A DNA stretch of 64,000 nucleotides, taken from the NCBI RefSeq assembly GCF_006345805.1, contig NC_043011.1, positions 6,634,001-6,698,000 of the forward strand, read 5' to 3'. The notes beneath the pieces were generated by a model. That model had not been told where the DNA came from, made no database searches, and saw only the letters and a program-made list of their open reading frames with translations. Every line of letters starts with the position of its first letter. Position 1 is the first letter of the stretch. The position numbers and the translations under genes are program-made. Shown piece after piece: positions 35,713-48,300 of this stretch. The stretch is from Octopus sinensis (lineage: Eukaryota).

Positions 35713-36004
35713 GAAAGAGGTAAGGTTGGATAAACCTATGATTCTGGTCTATGGTTGGTAAGTATCAGATACGATATTCTGGTTGTGTACTCAGAGAAAA
35801 CCAACCCTATAAGTATTTAGCACTAGGGGCCGGTCCTAATCACGTTTTACTTTGAATAGTACTTCGTTGGTATACTCTAGAGTGTCCAACAAGTAAGTCG
35901 TAAATCCCCTTGGTGCATTATAATCAAATGATTGATGACATACTGTGGTCAATTATCCATCGTATGTTATTATTCATCAGATTATATATATATATATATA
36001 TATA

Positions 36005-36270
36005 TGTCTGGCACCTGTGTCGGTGGCACATAAAAAACACCATCCGAGCGTGGTCGTCTGCCAGCCTCGTCTGGTACCTGTGTCGGTGGCACATAAAATC
36101 ACCCACTACACTCTCGGAGTGGTTGGCGTTAGGAAGGGCATCCAGCTGTAGAAACACTGCCAGATCTGACTGGCCTGGTGCAGCCTTCGAGCTTGCCAGA
36201 CCCCAGTTGAACCGTCCAACCCATGCTAGCATGGAAAGCGGACGTTAAACGATGATGATGATGATGATGA
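36005..36270 (+). mobile_element. RTE 3' UTR fragment
   Basis: GTCGGTGGCACATAAAA units, AGGAAGGGCATCCAGCTGTAG, GGACGTTAAACGATGATGATG tail. Confidence 0.85.
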
Positions 36271-36329
36271 TATATATCAGAAATATTAAATTTCTAAATG
36301 TCTCAAAGATACATGAGCGGTGGTGGAGC

Positions 36330-36490
36330 GAATTACACCACCACTGTTTAGCCTTAGGAAGCATTGAACGCTTCCTGTCGGCTTTGACACATTTTCTCTG
36401 TCCTTCACAAATATAAGGACACAGAAAATGTGTCAAGGCCGACAGGAAGCGTTCAATGCTTCCTAGGGCTAAACAGCGGTGGTGTAATTC
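36330..36490. repeat. Near-perfect ~76-bp-arm hairpin with 9-nt loop
   Basis: GAATTACACCACCACTGTTTAGCC...CTGTCCTT, loop CACAAATAT, AAGGACACAG...GGCTAAACAGCGGTGGTGTAATTC. Confidence 0.95.
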
Positions 36491-39400
36491 CCTTTACGGG
36501 ACTGTCACGTTAAGTTGACAATAGACAACCACTCTCTCTCTCTCTCTGAATTTGTGGTAAAACATTTTACCTTTGCCCATATAATACAGTAAATGAATTG
36601 CAATGCAATTCTTAACATTTATGTATTAACTTTGTTGGGTACTTCACTAGCAGTATATTGGATATATGTTATCCCATGGAGGGTTGCATTTACAACCCCT
36701 ATCTCAATTTGTATATATATATACACACACAAATTTGTATGAAGTGTTATACATTCCTTCATATTGTTTATCAAATCAGGGTGTGTGTGTGTGTGTGTGT
36801 AAACTGGAAATTCCTTCAGATTCCTTTCTTCTCAAATATTGCAAAGGCATGTAAGACAAAAATTAAACAGCCATTCAACAAACAGAGACTGACAAAATAA
36901 AAAAAAAGTTAGGTCCAGGTGATGGTGATCCATAGAACTGAAATACCCTCCACAGTGGTGCTCCAGCATGGTTACTGTCTAATGACTGACACTAATTAAA
37001 GAAGAGGTGTGTATAGAAGCTACAGGCTAAGGTGGGAAGTGTTGGGAGTTTTTTGTAAAATGTTATAGGAGGGGTCCACAGACATGGGGTGGGGTGGGAC
37101 ACTTATAAGACAGTTAAGTACCTGTCTTCACAGTGACACTTACGTTGCTGGGTGGGGGTAGTGATGGTGGTGAGAAGTGGGGGAGGAGGGCAAGGTGTGG
37201 GACAGACTGAACAGGAAATGGTAAGTAGAGAGCTAGAATGAACAGTGGTGGTGTTTGTGGTAATGGTGAGAGAAGGTGAAGAAAAAAGGGGAGGGAAACC
37301 AGCCCCTAGAGATTGAATCATAATTGAACTTCTGCCCCCCCCCCTCCGACACTGCTAGAGGACCTTGCTAGAAGAGAGGCAGAGAATAAAGGCCTGATGA
37401 GCAATAAAGGGAGAAGAAAGAAAGGACTATATCCTTAATTTCTTTACCCCTGTTTCCTTCTTTTGTACACAAAACATAGACACAATAGTTTAGACAAATA
37501 TACACTCCTTCCTAAGATATATATACATGTGTATCTATACATTTATATATATATATATTTCGTTTTTGGATTTGGTTTCCAAGATTCTTTATGTGAATTC
37601 GTGTGTTGAAGCATATTCTGTTGAGTCTGGGGAGAGTCATTCTCTTCTTTTGATGCCTTATAATTTAACACACTCACCGGTAAAAATTCCACTTATTTCT
37701 TTTTTATTTTTCTACAATTTTCGTTGCGTCTTGCAACTTTTTCAATAATTGTTGAGAGTCAAAACTATTGAAAAGGTTGCAAGATGCAACAAAAATTTTA
37801 GACAAATAAAAAAAAATGAAATGTGGAAATTTTACCGGTGAGTGTGTTAAATTATAAGGCACTGAAAGAGAATGACTCTCCCCAGACACAACAATATATA
37901 TAAATAAATGTGTAGATACACACACACACACATATATGTTAGGAAGGGCATCCAGTTGTAGAAAGCAAACCAAAACAGAGAATGGAACCTGGTGCAGCCC
38001 CTGGCCTTGCCAACTCTTGTCAAACTGGTCAACCCATGCCAGCATGGAAAACAGACAATAGATGATGATGGTGACATATTATCAATAATTGGCAGAAGTT
38101 ACAAGGTGACTCGATTTGTTCAACTAAAATTCTTTAAGGCAGTGCTCTAGCATGGCCACAGTCTAATGCCAAACCATTAAAAGAATAAAAGAATACCCAT
38201 GTTTTGAATTCTGTTTCCCTGTTTGCATCCCCAAATCTAAATGCGTGTTCTTTTGTCTCAGTCATTTGACCCTTAAAGCTTGGTACTGTGGCTGGGTGGT
38301 AAGTAGCTTGCTTCCCAACCACATGGTTCTGGGTTCATTCTCACTGTGTGGCACCTTGGGTAAGTGTCTTCTACTATAGCCTTGAGCCAACCAAAGACTT
38401 GTGAGTGGATTTGGTTGACAGAAACTGAAAGAAACCTGTCATCTATATGCATGTTTATAAATGTAAATACTTACTGCCGACAAAGTGTACGTGGCGTTCA
38501 ATTATTAAATAAAAGTGAAAAAATACATATCAAGTACAGGACATCACCAATAAGTGAAAAATATGTAAACACACAACGAGAGACAAACAGGGACAAAGCA
38601 CAAAACAGAGAGTAATAAGCAGTTGACAACTGAGGAGGAGTTGCCCTTCTTTTGGTATTTTGTCCCATACTTGTCTCTTGGTGATGTCCTGTACTTAATA
38701 TATATTTTTTCAATTTATATATATATATCGGGTTCAGTCCCACTGCGTGGCTCTTTGGGTAGGTCTCTTCCGCTATAGCCCTGAGCCGACCGGAGCTTTG
38801 TGATTGAATTCGGTAGGTGGGAGTTACTGCCGTGTGTGTATGTGTGCATATAGCTGCTCAGTGCCTCTCCGAAAGAGAGAGATTATCATGCGCGAGTTGT
38901 TGCCAGTGCTGCCTGACTGGCACCCCCGTGCTGAATGTGGTCGATGCCACCCCCACCTTCCGCCCTGACTGGCTCCCATGCCGGTGGCACGTAAAAAGCA
39001 CCCACTACACTCTTGGAGTGGTTGGTGTTAGGAAGGGCATCTAGCTGTAGAAACACTGCCAGATCGGATTGGGGCCTGGTGTAGCCTCCTGGCTTGCCAG
39101 TCCCCAGTCAAACCACCCAACCCATGCCAGCATGGAAAATGGATCATCATGATGATGATATGTATATATTTTTTTATTTGTATGTATGCCTTTGTGTCTG
39201 GTTGTCACTTCCCACTGTTGCTTGGCAACCGATGTTGGTGTGTTTAGCATTTCAATAAAACTGATAAAATAAGTACAAGGATTGATTTCTTTAACTAAAA
39301 CCCTTTAAGGTGGTGCTCCAGCATGGCTGCAGTTAAATGAAGCAAGTAAAAGAATGAAAGAATACTCTCAGTCTCCTTTTGCTGAGCTGCTAAGTTACAG

Positions 39401-40899
39401 AGATGTACACAAACCAGCATGGGTGGTTGTCAAGAGAGAAGATGCAAACCCTAAAACACATGATGGGCTTCTGTACAGTTTCCATGAACCCCATTAACCC
39501 ACAAAAGGCATTTGCTAGCACTGGGCTATGGTGGAAGATATTTCCCTCAAGTGCCACTCTGAGAGATTGAACCTAAAAATGAGACTGGAAAGCAAACTTC
39601 GTAATCACAGCCAAGCTTGTCTACACACACACTATTTATATAGCCTGTCTTTTTGTGTGAGTGTATATAAGCAGGGCTATGTAGCTGGAAGCAATTATTG
39701 GATTATGAGAGTCTGCAGAATTGGTAAGAAAGCACTGACTTGAAATGTAAAATGTTGCATTAAATTCTCCAATTTCACAGATTAAAATTTGAAAATAATC
39801 AAATCAGATTTAAAGGCTTTTAAGAAAGAGGAATTGGTACAAGTAATTCTGTTCCGAAGAACAAGATGTTAGCAAATTTGGGATTTGGAACTTCCATTTA
39901 ACTCCTTTCCTAGAAATAAACCATCTTTAATTAAATTTGTAAAGATAACTTTGCAATATTTTACAATGTAATTTAATTTTTGATTCTTTTCAAGGAATCC
40001 TTCAAGTTCATTTCAGTTTTATATAAACTCTGTGCATTTCTGTGTGGTAAGAAGCTCACTTTGCAACTGTACAGTTCTGGGTTCAGTCCCACTGTGGGAC
40101 ACCTTGGGCGAGTGTCTTCTACTAAAGTCCTGGGCCGATCAAAACCTTATGAATGAACTTGGAAGAGGGAAATTGTATGGAAACCTGCTGTGTGTGTGTG
40201 TCTGTCTGTCTTTCTCCTTCCCCCCACACCACTTGAGAAATGGTGTTGGTTTGTTTATGTTCCCATAACTTAGCAAAAGAGATTGATAAAATAAATATCA
40301 GACTTCAAAAAAAAAAACAAAAAAAACACACAAAGTACTGGAGTTGATTCCTTCAAGTAAACCCTTCAAGGTAGTGCTCCAGTTTGGCCACAGTTCAATG
40401 ACAAAAACAAATAAAAAATAAAAGATAAACATTGATTTAATTTAAAATTGAGTTTCTTTTAAAAAAGTGGTCTTTTGTTAAGTTGCCCAGTTCCATCTTT
40501 CAGCTTTAACTTCGATGTTCTTGAAATTTTGGAATTGCTAAACAAAGATATTCCTGATTTTCTTTTATGGTATTTTCATAGTTTATTTCTTGTGTATCAT
40601 TGTAATTTGTAACTAAAAACAGCCTCTTTTAATTCTTGTCAAGTTTTGTCTTTCACTCAGTTGTAAATTCATTAATCCCTTTGATGCCAACTCCCTGTTT
40701 TTAATGTGAACTAAATTAAAATCTTCCATCAAAATTCTGTTAATTTATATTCTAAACATTAGTTATTTCATTTAATTCTTCATTTTCTAAATTAACTGAG
40801 ACAAAGGCAGTGGGTCTCAACAGAAATTATGGTAACAAAAGGATTAATAAAGAATATAGGAAAGAAAGATCGCAATGGTATAGCGGTAGCCTTTAAAAT

Positions 40900-41342
40900 C
40901 AAAAATCAAAAAATCAAATCAAAATCGATGAACATCAATGGAATTTGTAGTTTTGTGGTACCAGAGCCGGTGGCACATAAGAAAACCATCCGAACGTGGC
41001 CGTAGCCAGTACCGCATCGACTGGCCTCCATGCTGGTGGCACGTAACAAACACCATCCGAGCGTGGCCGTTCGCCAGCCTCGCCTGGCCTCCGTACCGGT
41101 GGCACGTAAAAAACACCATCCGAGCGTGGCCGTTCGCCAGCCTCGTCTGGCACCTGTGTCGGTGGCACATAAAAAGTACCCACTACACTCACAGAGTGGT
41201 TGGCATTAGGAAGGGCATCCAGCTGTAGAAACACTGCCAGATCTGACTGGCCTGGTGCAGCCTTCGGGCTTCCCAGACCCCAGTTGAACCGTCCAACCCA
41301 TGCTAGCATGGAAAGCGGACGTTAAACGATGATGATGATGAT
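40900..41342 (+). mobile_element. RTE 3' UTR fragment with four GCCGGTGGCAC units
   Basis: Homologous to 41850-42203; (GAT)n tail at 41328-41342. Confidence 0.85.
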
Positions 41343-41362
41343 AACCATGACATGCATAGGCA

Positions 41363-42203
41363 GAAAGAAATGAAGCTAGCATGATCCGCTGGATGTGTAA
41401 TGTCAGTGTGCATACACGACAGAGTGTAAGCGCCCTGAGAGAAATGCTGGACATAAGAAGCATCGGATGTGGCATGCAAGAGAGACGTTTGCGCTAGTAT
41501 GGTCATGTACTATGAATAGATGAGGAGAGATGTGTGAAGAAGTGCCACTCCCAAACAGTTGAAGGAATTCGGGGTAGAGGTAGACCCAGGAAGACATGGG
41601 ATGATATGGTCAAGCCTGACCTTCGAACATTGGGTCTCACAGAGGCAATGACGAAAGACCGAGACCTCTGGAGATATGCTGTGATTGTGAAGACCCAGCA
41701 AATAAAGTGAGTTCATGGCTGTATCCTACACCAGTTTCACATAACCAGCCCCAGCCCATTCAAAGTACCTTGGATTGCAGGACGGCCTGCTGTGCTTACC
41801 TTGGATCGTAGGGTGACCTGCTGTGCTTGAGGAAACCTATTGAGTCAAGTACATCAACATCAAAATAAAAATCAAATGGAAATTGTAGTTGTGATACCCA
41901 TGCCGGTGGGGTGTAAAAAGCACCATCTGAACGTGGCCGATGCCAGCACCACCTTCACTGGCTTCCGTGCCGGTGGCATGTAAAAAGCACCAACCGATCA
42001 TGGCTGTTGCCAGCCTCCTCAGGCCCCTGTGCCGGTGGCACGTAAAAAGCACCCACTACACTTACGGAGTGGTTGGTGATAGGAAGGGCATCCAGCTGTA
42101 GAAACACTGTCCAATCAGCCTGGTGCAGCTTCCTGGCTCCCCAGACCCTGGTTAAACCGTCCAACCCATGCTAGCATGGAAAAAAGATGTTAAACGATGA
42201 TGA
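41363..42203 (+). mobile_element. 5'-truncated RTE-clade LINE: ORF C-terminus (41363-41710, in-frame stops) plus 3' UTR
   Basis: ERNEASMIRWMCNVSVHTRQSVSALREMLDIRSIGCGMQERRLR*YGHVL*IDEERCVKKCHSQTVEGIRGRGRPRKTWDDMVKPDLRTLGLTEAMTKDRDLWRYAV; RTE hallmarks RL.WYGHV, GRGRPRKTW, DR..WR. Confidence 0.9.
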
Positions 42204-42784
42204 ATTCTGTTGAAAAACACTTCTTTTGTTTCAACCAATTTTGAAAATAATGAAGAATTTACTCAAATTAACCTGAAATTTTGGTGGAAGGTTTTAATTT
42301 AGATCACTTTAACCATTTTGTTACCATATCTGTTGGAATAAACTTTGTTTCAATCAATTTTGAGAATAATTAAGAATTTAGTCAAATGATTTTCACACCA
42401 TTAAGCAACTGTTTGGAACATAAAGTAACCTGAAATCTTGATGGCAGATTTTGAGATCCACTAAATGTAGTGAAAAGCTATCATGGAACCAAAGTTGGTT
42501 TCAAGTAGGTTGATATCAAAAGGGTTAACAATTTAATCCTTCTGATGCCAACTCACCTGAGATATTGGCAAGAAAAGAGTTAACCGCTGGCACAGCCGAG
42601 ACTGATAATTCCCACTGTCCAGGCGGGTTATAAATGATTACCTTAACTATAAACAGAGGAATTTGAAGAAATGGAGTTAAAAACTTGCTGTACCAACTCT
42701 ACAGACTTGTTTATAAGTGTGTAAGTAGTGTTCATGTGTGTCTGCACAGATACGACTCTATATAATTACATGCATTCTAATATG

Positions 42785-43068
42785 ACAATTGCAGCGCGGA
42801 AGGTGTTTGTAAGCCATTTAAGAAACACACAAAAGCCGTTCGATTCACTACAACATTTAAGTTTAATTTGTCAAAATATTTTCGTCGCTTTAAGACCGCG
42901 ACCTGTTCACTGACAAAAATCCGTGCTGCATCCGTGCTGTCAGTGAAGAGGTCGCGGTCTGAAAGTGACGAAAATATTTTGACAAATTAAACTTAAATGT
43001 TGTAGTGAATCGAACGGCTTTTGTGTGTTTCTTAAATGGCTTACAAACACCTTCCACGCTGCAATTGT
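42785..43068. mobile_element. ~130-bp-arm palindrome, probable inverted pseudo-LTRs of a Penelope-like element
   Basis: ACAATTGCAGCGCGGAAGG...CACTGAC, 24-nt spacer, GTCAGTG...CCTTCCACGCTGCAATTGT; single-arm copy at 63018-63220. Confidence 0.75.
42870..42914 (-). ncRNA. Minimal hammerhead-like motif with G3-C8 core swap
   Basis: Minus strand: GTCA-GTGAACA-G-GTCGC-GGTCTTAAA-GCGAC-GAAA-ATATT-T-TGAC. Confidence 0.6.
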
Positions 43069-43327
43069 TTTCGTTTCAGCACACGATCTCAGATCAAATC
43101 ACTTGCTATGCAAGTACATCTCCGTCATTCTAATATATATGCTAATGTATGTACACGTGTGTGCTTGTGTGTACGTGTGTGTTTTCTACAGTCACTTTGA
43201 AATTGGTTGGAGAATAACTACAACTTCTGTAAAGATTGTCCGGTCAGGTGTCATCCGGAATACACACACACACACATTCCATATATGGAGAGCTCCCTCT
43301 TTTCAACGTTGATACTTGTTCTGTCAC

Positions 43328-43368
<41 letters not shown>

Positions 43369-43644
43369 ACTAGGAACATCATCTTTAAGTCTGCTTCCCC
43401 ATGTTGGTATGGGCTGGATGGGACTTTTTGAAAGGATGCTTCACAGCTGGGTCCCTTTCCTGTTGCCAAACCTTTTAGTTATTGTCTTTTAGACACTGCA
43501 CCTATTCTAAAAACCAAACTACACACACACAACTTAAATCAAGGATATAAATCCTGTGAAAAGGGGGTCAGTATCCAAGTTTCCCACTTATATCCAGCAT
43601 ATTTGTGAAAACCAAAGATGCTAACTTTGCATTGATAGATCATC

Positions 43645-43918
43645 ATCCTAATCATCATCATTGTTTAACGTCCGTTTTCCGCGCTAGCACGGGTTGGACG
43701 GTTCAACTGGGGTCTGGGAAGCCAGGAGGCTGCACCAGGCTCCAGTCTGATCTGGCAGTGTTTCTACAGCTGGATGCCCTTCTTAATGCCAACCACTCAA
43801 TGAATGTAGTGGGTGCTTTTTACGTGCCACCGGCACAGGTGCCAGGGGAGTCTGGCAGCGGCCCCGATCGGTTGGTGCTTTTAACGTGCCACTGGCACGG
43901 AAGCCAGTCAAGGCGGCA
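43645..43918 (-). mobile_element. RTE 3' UTR fragment
   Basis: TTTAACGTCCGTTTTCC...GGATGCCCTTC...TTTTACGTGCCACCGGCAC. Confidence 0.85.
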
Positions 43919-45829
43919 CTTTATTATTTTTTATGTATGAGAAAAAGAAAACAGAGAAACTGACCTACAGACAACCAATCTATGAGTTTGATATTGTTCA
44001 GAATTGTGTCATGTTCTAATAAATTGGTGTCTACAGGTCAGTTTGTCTGTTCTCTCTCTCTCTCTCACACACACACATACATATATAAATAGCAGTCTGT
44101 GTGTTTGTGTCAAGTTGCCGTCTCCACCCATTAACGACTCTTCATGAAACTGCATACATGTTAAACCAACATCCAGTTTGTTACTAGGCTCATTGCAGTT
44201 TAATAAAAATCTACAATTGGACGGATAGGGCCCCTAGAAGGGATCCTGATATAATCCATCTATTTTCCTTTAACGGCCAAGGGGAATAACCCATTCATTT
44301 TTCTTTATTTTTTCTCTTTTGTGCACTGGTCCTTTCTCCCTCCATTTATTAGACAAGCAATATCATTAGAGTGACCGGTTGCCAGCGGTTACGTTGTATA
44401 AATATGTGTGCATTCTACATTACGTGGACTTTCTTACAAGAAGTTGTCAGACAAGGTCAATGTTACTATCAATCTAACCCCTGTCCTACGTCAATATATA
44501 AATTTAATGACATTTCATAAACCTACCCATGATCTTACATTTAAAGCAAATTTGGGTAAAATCCCACCATGGGTTATGGAGATATCAATGCCACAACTTA
44601 TTTGCAACTTTTACCATAAACATACTGTTTCCATAACAACCGTGCAAAAATTTTTCAAATTATTACATTTTATTTGGTCAGAAACATTAGCGTGCCAGGC
44701 GAAATGCTTAGTGTTATTTTGTCTGTCGTTACGTTCGGAGTTCAAATTCCGCCAAGGTCGACTTTGCCTTTCATCCTTTCGGGGTCGATAAATAAAGTAC
44801 CAGTTTCACACTGGGGTCGATGTAATCGACTTAATCCCTTTGTCTGTCTTTGTTTGTCTCCTCTATGTTTAGTCCCTTGTGGGCAGGAAAGAAATATATT
44901 TCTTAGTATTTGAACTGTTACAGTTATTTTCGCGCTTTACCCAGAGCAACCCTTAAACAAGTAAATAGTATTTTCCTAAACAATAGATCCACTTATTTCG
45001 GTTAGTGACTTATTCAAGAATATCCCATGAATGACGATGCCTTTTATGTCACTTCAGCCAATTGACAGGCACTGCATGAAGAACTTTTCAGAGTTATTTA
45101 CTTTGAATTGTTATTAACTCATATCCAATTTGCCTGTTATTATGTAACATGCTTCACGATTTCAGTATACATACCATACTGGTATTTGCTCCTAAGTTCT
45201 ATATACTCTGGAAATGCATTAAAGCCCTTTTTCAGGGCTACTTTATTTGAATTGTTACTATTGGGTGACCAATTTGCATGTTATTACGTAACTGACTTCA
45301 CGATTTTGGTATTCATAACTTATTGGAATATCCTAAAATCAAGATGCTATGTAAGATGGTTTGGTATTATCTGTAAATGCACAAAAACCATTTTAAGAAC
45401 TACATACTTTGTATTGTTGCCATTGGATTAGTAAAACATTTATGAGAACAGAACCAGGGGACAAGTCCTGCTCTTTCAAGAATTACCGGGCATGTCAGCT
45501 AGTATGTATATATATATATAAAGGTCCTGGAAGGATAAAAAGAAGGCGTTTCCAATGCACTCAACCCAAGATTAAGAGTCTTAAGTAAGACAAATTCTTC
45601 AGGTGTAGAAAATCTAGGTGCCACATCAATAAAGCCAATGTGTGGGTTGAGTGAAGGATAAAATATAATCCATGAATAGGTGTTAAAAACAGAGTTGGAA
45701 CAGAAACAACTGTAATTAGTCATTAAAGGTATGATAACTTCTGTTTTTTTTTTTTTATTAGGATTATATATAAGAGGTAAGGTTAAATACAATAAGGAAC
45801 TCCTGAATGGGACCAGGAGAGATGTATAT

Positions 45830-46130
45830 GAAGGTGTATACTGTATTGTGGAAGTACTGAAGGCTGATCTCAAGACACTGGACCTTAAAGATGATAAAGG
45901 GCCAAAGTATTTGGCACCGTGTTGTATTCAAAAAGACCCAGTCACCACAGCAGACTTGAGACCTGTACTGGTGTCATGCTGAAAAAACTGGTGCTCAGAA
46001 GGGCATCCAGCTGTAGAAACCATGCCAGACAATTGAGCCTAATGTGACCCCTGGGCTTTACCAGCTCCTCTCAAACTGTCCAACCTATGCCAGCATGGAA
46101 AACAGACATTAAAGGACGATGATGATGATG
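45830..46130 (+). mobile_element. Degenerate RTE 3' end (ORF remnant plus 3' UTR)
   Basis: EVLKADLKTLDL remnant followed by GAAGGGCATCCAGCTGTAGAAAC and a GACGATGATGATG tail. Confidence 0.7.
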
Positions 46131-46164
46131 GTTGGTGTGTGTGTGTGTGAGTGTATATGGGGAT

Positions 46165-46547
46165 GTAAGCACTCCGTCGGTTACGACGACGAGGGTTCCG
46201 GTTGATCTGATCAACGGAACAGCCTGCTCGTGAAATTAACGTGTAAATGGCTGAACACTCCACAGAAACGTGTACCCTTAACGTAGTTCTCGGGGATATT
46301 CAGTGTGACACAGAGAGTGACAAGGCCGGCCCTTTGAAATACAGGTACAACAGAAACAGGAAGTAAGAGTGAGAGAAAGTTGTGGTGAAAGAGTACAGCA
46401 GGGATCACCACCATCCCTGCCGGAGCCTCGTGGAGCTTTTAGGTGTTTTCGCTCAATAAACACTCACAACGCTCGGTCTGGGAATCGAAACCGCGATCCT
46501 ACGACCGCGAGTCCACTGCCCTAACCACTGGGCCATTGCGCCTCCAC
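46165..46547 (-). mobile_element. tRNA-derived SINE family E, CpG-rich young copy
   Basis: Minus-strand head GGCGCAATGGCCCAGTGGTTAGGGC...GGTTTCGATTCCC (A and B boxes); 3' end CCGGAACCCTCGTCGTCGTAACCGACGGAGTG. Confidence 0.85.
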
Positions 46548-47679
46548 TATATATATATATATATATATAATATATATACACACACACACACAGAGTAGCA
46601 CATGTGTGAATGTGCAAAGCACTGTGTATATGTGAGAAAAGTTTAGAAAGAAAAGATAAAAAAAAAAAAGATGCAGGTAGTTAGTCATTTAGCATGAGAT
46701 GTTGGTCTGGGGTAGAAATATAATGGCAGAATAATTTAGAACAGGATTCCAGGTACTTAGAGATAACGAGGGTGGTAAATTATTCTTGAAGGAACTCTGA
46801 AAATTCCTCATTAGAAGGGGGAATGGGGGGAATGGTGGAATTGATCATGTCAAACTGATAAGAGGAAAAAATGCTACATCAAGTATTTTCATATAATGTG
46901 TGTATATGTATATATGTATGTGTATACACACACACATTCATAGAGAGAGAGAGAGCATGGGAAAAGGTGTGTACGTATATGTGTGTGTGTGTATATATAT
47001 ATACATATACACACACACACACATGTGTATATGCATATACATAGACACACATGTATGTATGTGTATACACACACGTGTATGTATATATACTCACACACAC
47101 GTATGATATCTTGGAATTTTTAAAGGTTTATTCTTCAATTTTCTAAATCATCTCTTTTTCCTCTTTTTATCATGATTTTTTGTTATATTTTGTTTATAGA
47201 ATTTCTCTTCAAGGATAAAACCATTTTGGTGTTTTATTTGTTCCACAATTTCCTAGTAAAACGAATGCTGAGATATTTAACCGCTTGGATACCAATCCAC
47301 CTGAGACCACCGCAGGCCCTGTGGCACAAAATGCCTTGTTTTCAAAAGTTATGAACTAAAATCTTCCATCAAAACTTAAACGATAATTTATGTTCCTAAA
47401 ACCATCTTAATAATAATAATAATAAAGTTATTTTACCATCACTGCTTGGCAGCCAGTATTGGTGTGTTTACATCCCTGTAACTTAATGGTTTGGAATGGG
47501 GGAATCGATAAAGTAAATACCAAGCTTTCAAAAAGAAGCACTTGGGTTGATTTGTTTGACTAAAATTCTTCAAGGTGGTGCCCCAGTATGGCCTCGGTCT
47601 AATGACGGAAACAAGTAGAAAATAAAAGACACACACACATATAAATAGATAGGTTAGCAGGCTTCTGTGCCAGTGACCA

Positions 47680-47997
47680 GAGCGGCTGGTGGCACGTAAA
47701 TGGCACTATTCAAGCGTGATTGTTACCAGCATCGCCTTACTGGCATGTGAGAAAACATTCGAGTGAGGTCGTTGCCAGTACCACCTGACCGGGCCCCCCC
47801 CGTGCCGGTGGCACGTAAAAGCACCCACTACACTCTCGGACTGGTTGGTGTTAGGAAGGGCATCCAGCTGTAGAAACTCTGCCAGATCAAGATTGGAGCC
47901 TGGTACAGCCATCTGGTTCGCCAGTCCTTAGTCAAATTGTTCAACCTATGCTATCATGGAAAGCGGATGTTAAATGATGATGCTGACGATGATGACA
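47680..47997 (+). mobile_element. RTE 3' UTR fragment
   Basis: GCCGGTGGCACGTAAAAGCACC, AGGAAGGGCATCC, GTTAAATGATGATG tail. Confidence 0.8.
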
Positions 47998-48300
47998 TTA
48001 ACAACCCATCATTGGATGGGGTTATATTTGTTGCTTCAAGTATTTCATGGTTTCTGAAGCAAAACCATTTTACCTTGCTATGCGTCACCTGGCTATTATC
48101 AGGATAGGTATCCTGATAATTGCTAGGTGGAAATGTGGCCTGAAATCAACAGGGATCCAATGGTTGGGTGCCTTTCCTAACACCAGCCACTCCACAGAGT
48201 GTACTGGATGCTTTTTACGTGGCTCTGGCATTGGTATCAGTGATGCTGTGGTGGATGGGTCTTTTTGAGTACAGTAAGGTAGGGGAAGATAACAGAATTT

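Noticed and set aside
40955-41200. Twister- or HDV-like ribozyme in the GCCGGTGGCACGTAAAA units
   Set aside because: Only short word similarity; I could not build the required pseudoknots by eye. An Rfam covariance search would settle it.
44408-44791. 127-aa ORF with a PPW motif, possible I/Nimb LINE remnant
   Set aside because: No other diagnostic motif, and the 3' third lies in a SINE.
46470-46547. tRNA gene-like A and B boxes (also at 18940-19013)
   Set aside because: These are SINE heads: no complete cloverleaf, and they continue into repeat bodies.
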